Source: an uncultured virus (IMG/VR IMGVR_UViG_3300006737_000026) (taxonomy: Duplodnaviria; Heunggongvirae; Uroviricota; Caudoviricetes). Taken from it: a stretch of DNA of 20,000 bases. The stretch is taken from the IMG/VR virus record IMGVR_UViG_3300006737_000026, one strand, 5' to 3'. The notes below the pieces were generated by a model, which did no database searches, was not told where the DNA came from, and saw only the letters and a list, made by a program, of their open reading frames with translations. The first letter of the stretch is position 1; the number at the start of each line of letters is the position of its first letter. The position numbers and the translations under genes were made by a program. Positions 14,959 to 20,000 of this stretch are shown here, in pieces.

Positions 14959-15720
14959 ATGGCAAGAGCAAGAAAGAAAACTGGTACTCCCCAAACATAT
15001 CCTAATGGTATGAGTGCAAAGCAAATGAAGAGGAAGAAACCTATTGATTCTTCTTACATGGTTCCTATCAAACCCTTGACAGATAATCAAACCATTGCGT
15101 TTGAGAGTTATGAACTGGGTAAGAACTTGCTATTGCATGGTGCAGCAGGTACTGGTAAGACATTTATCACATTGTATCTCGCATTGACCGAGGTACTTGA
15201 CGAAAATACACCTTATGATAAAATATACATTGTAAGGTCTCTTGTGCCTACTCGTGAGATTGGTTTCCTTCCTGGCGATCATGAAGACAAGTCAGCACTC
15301 TATCAGATTCCATACAAGAACATGGTTAGATACATGTTCAGCATGCCAGATGATAATTCTTTTGAGATGTTGTATGACAATCTCAGAGCACAAGAAACTA
15401 TTTCATTCTGGTCAACTTCGTTCATTCGTGGCGTCACTCTTGACAATGCGATTGTTATCGTCGATGAGTTTAGCAACTTAAACTTCCACGAACTTGATTC
15501 TATGGTCACCCGTATTGGTGAGGACTCTAAGATTATGTTCTGTGGTGATATCACACAATCCGATCTAGTAAGAGAGAACGAGAGAACAGGAGTATCTGAT
15601 TTCATTCGTATCCTTCAGAACATGCAAGAGTTTTCTTGTATTGAGTTTGGTATTGATGATATTGTTCGTTCTGGTCTGGTTAAGTCGTACCTGATCGCAA
15701 AATATAATCTTGGTTTCTAA
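14959..15720 (+). CDS. phoH: PhoH-family ATPase
   Basis: GAAGTGKT, EIGFLPG, RGVTLDNAIVIVDE, GDITQSD, DIVRSGLVK. Confidence 0.95.
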   Translation: MARARKKTGTPQTYPNGMSAKQMKRKKPIDSSYMVPIKPLTDNQTIAFESYELGKNLLLHGAAGTGKTFITLYLALTEVLDENTPYDKIYIVRSLVPTREIGFLPGDHEDKSALYQIPYKNMVRYMFSMPDDNSFEMLYDNLRAQETISFWSTSFIRGVTLDNAIVIVDEFSNLNFHELDSMVTRIGEDSKIMFCGDITQSDLVRENERTGVSDFIRILQNMQEFSCIEFGIDDIVRSGLVKSYLIAKYNLGF

Positions 15721-16403
15721 TGCCGTTTAATTTTATTGATGTTAACCTCAAAGAACATGTTGAGGTTGAAGCTGTGGATCGTGATGGTACTCGCTTTTAC
15801 CCTATCCCTGGGGCGGATAAATATTATCCGAGTGTTACCTCAATCACATCGTTTAAGAACGCTCAGTTCTTCGCAAATTGGCGGAGAAAAATTGGTGAAA
15901 CAGAGGCTAATCGCATCACCGCTCGCGCTACACAACGCGGCACAGCATTCCATTCTATTACTGAAGATTATTTCAAAGGTAACTTAGATCTAGACAAATA
16001 CTTGGAAAATAATCCATTGTCTGTTAGAATGTTTCAGTTAGCAAAATCTACGTTGGATCGAATCGATAATGTACATTGTCTAGAGACCTTTCTCTATTCA
16101 CATTATCTTGGTCTAGCAGGTCGAGTAGACTGTATTGCTGAATTCGATGGCGAATTGGCAGTGATCGATTTTAAAACCTCCACTAAAGATAAGAAAGAAT
16201 CGTATATCGAGCACTACTTTGTGCAAGAGACTGCATATGCAGCGATGTTCTTTGAAAGGTCAGGGATTGAGGTAAAGAAAATTGTCACACTTATCGCCAC
16301 TGAAGAAGGCTCTGTTCAAGTATTTGAGAAGTACAATCTTGATGACTATTTACAATTACTCAAATCCTATATTGAAGAATTTGTTAGGGGAAGACATGCC
16401 TAA
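15720..16403 (+). CDS. PD-(D/E)XK exonuclease (Cas4-like phage exonuclease)
   Basis: YPSVTS, RGTAFH, LAGRVDCIAE, IDFKTS, QETAYA. Confidence 0.9.
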   Translation: MPFNFIDVNLKEHVEVEAVDRDGTRFYPIPGADKYYPSVTSITSFKNAQFFANWRRKIGETEANRITARATQRGTAFHSITEDYFKGNLDLDKYLENNPLSVRMFQLAKSTLDRIDNVHCLETFLYSHYLGLAGRVDCIAEFDGELAVIDFKTSTKDKKESYIEHYFVQETAYAAMFFERSGIEVKKIVTLIATEEGSVQVFEKYNLDDYLQLLKSYIEEFVRGRHA

Positions 16404-16647
16404 AGAGCAGATTGAGGACAAGTTTCTCACACCAACTAAATTCTCTCTGGAGATTGAACGTCTGGTGAAAAAGAGTAATGGTTTGATTACCTACATCGAA
16501 GCAGTTGTAACATACTGCCAAGAGAATGAGATCGAACTTGAAACTGTACCTAAACTTATCAACAAACCGTTGAAAGAACGTCTGCGACATGAGGCACAAC
16601 GTTTAAACTACATGAAACAATCATCTAAAGGAGTTCTACCACTGTGA
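16396..16647 (+). CDS. gp33: Late-transcription coactivator gp33
   Basis: FSLEIE..V, YIEAVV.YC.ENEIE.ETV.KLI.KPLKE.L..EA..LNY; canonical position before gp59; start refined to 16396. Confidence 0.9.
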   Translation: MPKEQIEDKFLTPTKFSLEIERLVKKSNGLITYIEAVVTYCQENEIELETVPKLINKPLKERLRHEAQRLNYMKQSSKGVLPL

Positions 16648-17243
16648 CAGGATTTGAAGTGTATAAGATGTATCTTGCATTGAATCAGCACTTCACTAAA
16701 TCCGATTACGATTACTTCAAATATAGGGGAAAGGTCCGTGCAAACGAAAGTTCATTTGAACAAAGACGTGACCGATATTTCTTTAAAAAATTAGCGACAA
16801 GGCATTCCGATAAAAAACTATTGGAATACTTTGTCGCTAATTTCATATCTGACCCTAAGGGGTATTTGAGATCGTTTAGTGAAGATATATACTCTGATTG
16901 GAGGATACACCAAGAGTCTTTTACTTATAAATTTAGACAAGAGATCAACTTATTGTTAGAAGATCTCGATACACCATATGAAAAGACGTTTGAAACTATT
17001 TTCCATACTAAACGTGGGGAACATCCACATCTAGTAAAACGTTATTTCGCTGGTGAAGTATCAATAGAAACCCTAACTGTATTAGAACATTGTTTGGGAT
17101 ATGTTAATGACCTTGATAAGAAGTTAACAGATCCTATGTGGAAGGACACTAGGATGAGAATTAAAAAGTATGAACCATTCCTTTCAATAGATTGTAAGAA
17201 ATACAAGGGAGTTATTTTAGACGCTATTAAATTGAAACTATGA
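16644..17243 (+). CDS. gp59: Helicase loader gp59
   Basis: FEVYKMYLAL..HF...YDYFKY.GK, RDRYFF.KL; GTG start. Confidence 0.92.
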   Translation: MTGFEVYKMYLALNQHFTKSDYDYFKYRGKVRANESSFEQRRDRYFFKKLATRHSDKKLLEYFVANFISDPKGYLRSFSEDIYSDWRIHQESFTYKFRQEINLLLEDLDTPYEKTFETIFHTKRGEHPHLVKRYFAGEVSIETLTVLEHCLGYVNDLDKKLTDPMWKDTRMRIKKYEPFLSIDCKKYKGVILDAIKLKL

Positions 17244-17572
17244 GTTTTTTCAATTCGGAACAAGTACAAGAAAATCTGCAAGATATTTTCCACACTTATC
17301 AACAGGTTGCATCGATGACATCTAAACTTGCTAGTATGAATACTAAAGAGAAACTAGATCACATTGATGACTGTAAAACTTTGATTGACAAGCAGCGAAA
17401 CTTTTACTTTAGATTAACTCTTGCTGCATCGGAGGATCCAGAGGCAGCAGATATGAAGACCAGGATCAACGCTTTGACCCATGCCTTCGGTTACAAAGAC
17501 CTTATGGAGTGCATGGATGCCATGGTCATGACACTAGAACAAGCGGCACAGAGGGAGCTTGACCAACCCTAA
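17240..17572 (+). CDS. Conserved hypothetical protein (DUF1825-like)
   Basis: MSFFNSEQVQ..., KQR.FYFRL.L..DPEA; lies between gp59 and gp32. Confidence 0.7.
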   Translation: MSFFNSEQVQENLQDIFHTYQQVASMTSKLASMNTKEKLDHIDDCKTLIDKQRNFYFRLTLAASEDPEAADMKTRINALTHAFGYKDLMECMDAMVMTLEQAAQRELDQP

Positions 17573-17587
17573 ATAGTATGCTACGAT
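17559..17587 (+). promoter_or_regulatory. Nested early and late promoters for gp32
   Basis: TTGACC-N17-TACGAT with TG extension; TAAATA (17570-17575) lies inside the spacer. Confidence 0.65.
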
Positions 17588-17638
17588 TACACAGTAGCAA
17601 ACCAAACAAACTACACATTCAATACGGAGAATACGATT

Positions 17639-18595
17639 ATGTCTTTTGCATCTCTCAAAAAAGCGTCCTCTGCAGGCAACACGTTTGCTCGCTTGACCAA
17701 AGAGATCGAGAAACTTAACCAACCTGCTGCAGGCAGTGGCGCTGATGAGCGACTCTGGAAACCCGAACTGGACAAGTCTGGTAACGGTTATGCAGTAATC
17801 CGATTCCTCCCTGCTCCTGATGGCGAAGATATGCCTTGGGCGAAGGTCTGGAGTCACGCATTCAAGGGTCCTGGCGGACAGTGGTACATTGAGAACTCTC
17901 TCACCACTCTCGGCAAAGATGATCCTGTCGGTGAAATGAATCGCGAACTGTGGAACAGTGGTCGTGATAGCGATAAGGAGATCGCTCGTGCTCAGAAACG
18001 TAAACTCTCCTACTACAGCAACATCTATGTTGTAAGTGATCCTGCACACCCCGAGAACGAGGGTCGTGTATTCCTCTACAAGTTCGGTAAGAAGATCTTT
18101 GACAAGTTGGTTGAAGCAATGCAACCTGCATTTGCTGATGAGTCACCTGTCGATCCTTTCAACTTCTGGAAGGGTGCTGACTTCAAACTGAAGATCCGCA
18201 AGGTTGATGGTTACTGGAACTATGACAAGTCTGAGTTCGCTGCACCTGGAACACTGGGTGGTTTCGATGATGACAAACTGGAATCTATCTGGAGTCAGGG
18301 ATATTCCCTCGCAGAGTTTGAAGATCCTAAGAACTTCAAGTCCTATGAAGATCTCAAGAAGCGTTTGAACATGGTTCTTGGACTCTCTGCAGCACCTGCA
18401 CGTCGTGTTGATGAGTCCCTTGAGGATGAGTCTGAAGGTCGTGGTAGTTTCAACGCTCCTGACATCACTTACAATTCTAATCAACCCGATTGGGCAGCAG
18501 AAATCAAGGAAACTTCTAAAGCAGTTGCTTCCTCTCCTGTACAAGATGAAGATGACACTCTGTCATACTTCGCACGTCTTGCTGAGGAAGAGTGA
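17639..18595 (+). CDS. gp32: Single-stranded DNA-binding protein gp32
   Basis: MSFASLKK, GNGYAVIRFLPA, WYIENSLTT, KFGKKIFDK, NYDKSEF, acidic tail DDTLSYFARLAEEE. Confidence 0.97.
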   Translation: MSFASLKKASSAGNTFARLTKEIEKLNQPAAGSGADERLWKPELDKSGNGYAVIRFLPAPDGEDMPWAKVWSHAFKGPGGQWYIENSLTTLGKDDPVGEMNRELWNSGRDSDKEIARAQKRKLSYYSNIYVVSDPAHPENEGRVFLYKFGKKIFDKLVEAMQPAFADESPVDPFNFWKGADFKLKIRKVDGYWNYDKSEFAAPGTLGGFDDDKLESIWSQGYSLAEFEDPKNFKSYEDLKKRLNMVLGLSAAPARRVDESLEDESEGRGSFNAPDITYNSNQPDWAAEIKETSKAVASSPVQDEDDTLSYFARLAEEE

Positions 18596-18708
18596 TGGAC
18601 GTTGTTCATGCTTGGAACTCCATGTCTTACGGCGAGGGGTTCCTTTTCTCGGTCTGGGTGGTCGGGATGTATTACATCAAACTTAGAATGGACAAGTATT
18701 TTCGATGA
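18595..18708 (+). CDS. Small membrane protein (37 aa)
   Basis: MDVVHAWNSMSYGEGFLFSVWVVGMYYIKLRMDKYFR*; TGATG and ATGA overlaps on both sides. Confidence 0.7.
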   Translation: MDVVHAWNSMSYGEGFLFSVWVVGMYYIKLRMDKYFR

Positions 18709-19166
18709 AACTAATTCCTTTAGCACTTCTGCTCCTCGCTAGTCCTGCTTATGCAGGTGGTCCCAGAGTTCCTTACCGATCAACAGGTGACTATTCAAAT
18801 CACCGTGCGTACAGTGACTACAAATCCAATAGAGGATATGCTTCAGAGAATAAATGTTACCGAAAGGAATATCGCGAGGAGTATATTCCTGGCAACTCCA
18901 GTTCTCCTGGATACGTTGTAAGGTACAAAGAGAAAGTTGAAATTCCTTGTGGAAGAAGAAACTACTATTATAATGATCCTCCTATCAAGCACCCTAAAAA
19001 AGACGCAGATGTTGATGACAACTCATGCGTCGAAGGTTCTATCCTTGGTGGTATCGGTGGCGCTGGTTTAGGTGCTGCTCTGTCCCGTGGAGACGGACGC
19101 CTCTGGGCAATCCCTCTAGGTATTGTCGGTGGTGCTGTAGCAGGATGCCAAATCGATGGGGGTTGA
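18705..19166 (+). CDS. Secreted/membrane protein with a C-terminal glycine zipper
   Basis: Signal peptide (..SPAYA), Cys pairs, GSILGGIGGAGLGAAL...GIVGGAVAG. Confidence 0.8.
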   Translation: MKLIPLALLLLASPAYAGGPRVPYRSTGDYSNHRAYSDYKSNRGYASENKCYRKEYREEYIPGNSSSPGYVVRYKEKVEIPCGRRNYYYNDPPIKHPKKDADVDDNSCVEGSILGGIGGAGLGAALSRGDGRLWAIPLGIVGGAVAGCQIDGG

Positions 19167-19250
19167 TTAGACACCCCAAACTAAATTCGACCTTAGATTC
19201 CCAGAAAGTCGCAAAAAAAATCGCGGCAAAAAATGGGTTTCTAAGGTTTT

Positions 19251-20000
19251 TTAGTATCCGCCACCATAACCAGGTGAAGGCGATGGAGATGGGGAGGGAG
19301 AAGGAGAAGGCGAAGGTGAGGGTGAAGGGGATGGAGACGGTGATGGGGACGATACAGTAGTAGTAACTGTAGTAGTGCCAACAACTCCTGTAGAACTTGT
19401 CGCAGTAACTGCGGTTGCTACACCAGCGGAGGCAGAAAGACTAGGACCATCATCATAAGTCACAGCACCAGTTGCAGAAGCAACAGCAACACCAATACCA
19501 GTGTTATAGTTAACTGAACCAGTATTTGATAGGAACCTGGAAGCAAGACTTAGAGGTGTCTTCTTATTACCTTCTTCATCCAATTCAGCACTAGGTTCAT
19601 AACCAACCAATTCTTCAAATTCTTCAACAATTTGATTTACCAATTGACCTGTAGGAATACGAATTTGACGTTTTAACTCATTTACTGCATATTCATGCTC
19701 ATAGTTAGTTACAGGGTAAATACTCTCTTCCTGTGTCTTTTGTGTTCCATCTGGTAATACAGCACGAAAATCTGCTGTTACTTCAATACCTTCCTTGATA
19801 TAAACTGTACCATCATCAAGGATTGTTTCAACAGTTTCGTAATGATGGACACTATCAGCATCTTCATACTTTTTGTAGATGTAAGAAAGTAGATCATCTT
19901 GTTCTTTTGGCCACTGTTCATATACATCAGTTATATTGTTGATGATAAGAACGACCCAATCCATTCTCGGATCAGAAAAATATTTGTACGCCACTGAAGC
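19251..20000 (-). CDS. gp53: Baseplate wedge protein gp53, 5' end outside the window
   Basis: AYKYFSDPRMDWVVLIINNI..VYEQWP, VHHYET, VTNYEHE...NE.KRQI; frame open to the window edge; convergent with gp32 as in T4-like cyanophages. Confidence 0.88.
   Translation of the reverse strand, partial: ASVAYKYFSDPRMDWVVLIINNITDVYEQWPKEQDDLLSYIYKKYEDADSVHHYETVETILDDGTVYIKEGIEVTADFRAVLPDGTQKTQEESIYPVTNYEHEYAVNELKRQIRIPTGQLVNQIVEEFEELVGYEPSAELDEEGNKKTPLSLASRFLSNTGSVNYNTGIGVAVASATGAVTYDDGPSLSASAGVATAVTATSSTGVVGTTTVTTTVSSPSPSPSPSPSPSPSPSPSPSPSPSPGYGGGY
19272..19349 (-). repeat. (Ser-Pro)13 coding repeat at the gp53 C-terminus
   Basis: 13 NGGNGA hexamers on the + strand with varied wobble positions. Confidence 0.9.

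Noticed and set aside
14940..14960. Pho box upstream of phoH
   Set aside because: Only 3 nt separate phoH from the previous gene and no tandem Pho-box repeat was seen.
15720..16403. CRISPR-Cas system suggested by the Cas4-like nuclease
   Set aside because: No repeat-spacer array or other cas genes seen; this nuclease is a standard neighbour of phoH and gp33.
17534..18726. Long minus-strand ORFs (196, 133, 81 aa) opposite gp32
   Set aside because: Antisense shadows of a strongly codon-biased gene, with no motifs or expression signals.

Overview
Segment of a T4-like (Kyanoviridae-type) marine cyanomyovirus genome, almost all on the + strand. It runs from the 3' end of nrdB through an auxiliary-metabolic block (DUF4278-like gene, talC, tRNA-Arg(TCT), two hli genes, peroxiredoxin, SleB-like hydrolase, psbA, psbD). 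It continues with an 840-aa repeat/PA14-like probable virion protein and a small outer-membrane beta-barrel, then the core replication block (glutaredoxin, thyX, phoH, Cas4-like exonuclease, gp33, gp59, gp32). It ends in a convergent, partial gp53 baseplate gene. The window is rich in structured RNA and in small ORFs below the ORF-track cutoff. The most unusual element is at 267-486: a double glutamine-riboswitch-like RNA whose two aptamer cores share one helix and which carries a complete 53-codon ORF inside one stem-loop, directly upstream of a DUF4278-like gene. Other candidates are a compact manA-like RNA, a PhotoRC-II-like psbA leader, a two-hairpin leader before the porin-like gene, a late promoter embedded in a hairpin arm, a uORF paired with an anti-SD stem, and a nested domain insertion in the large protein. 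Family assignments are from motif recognition only; no searches were run.
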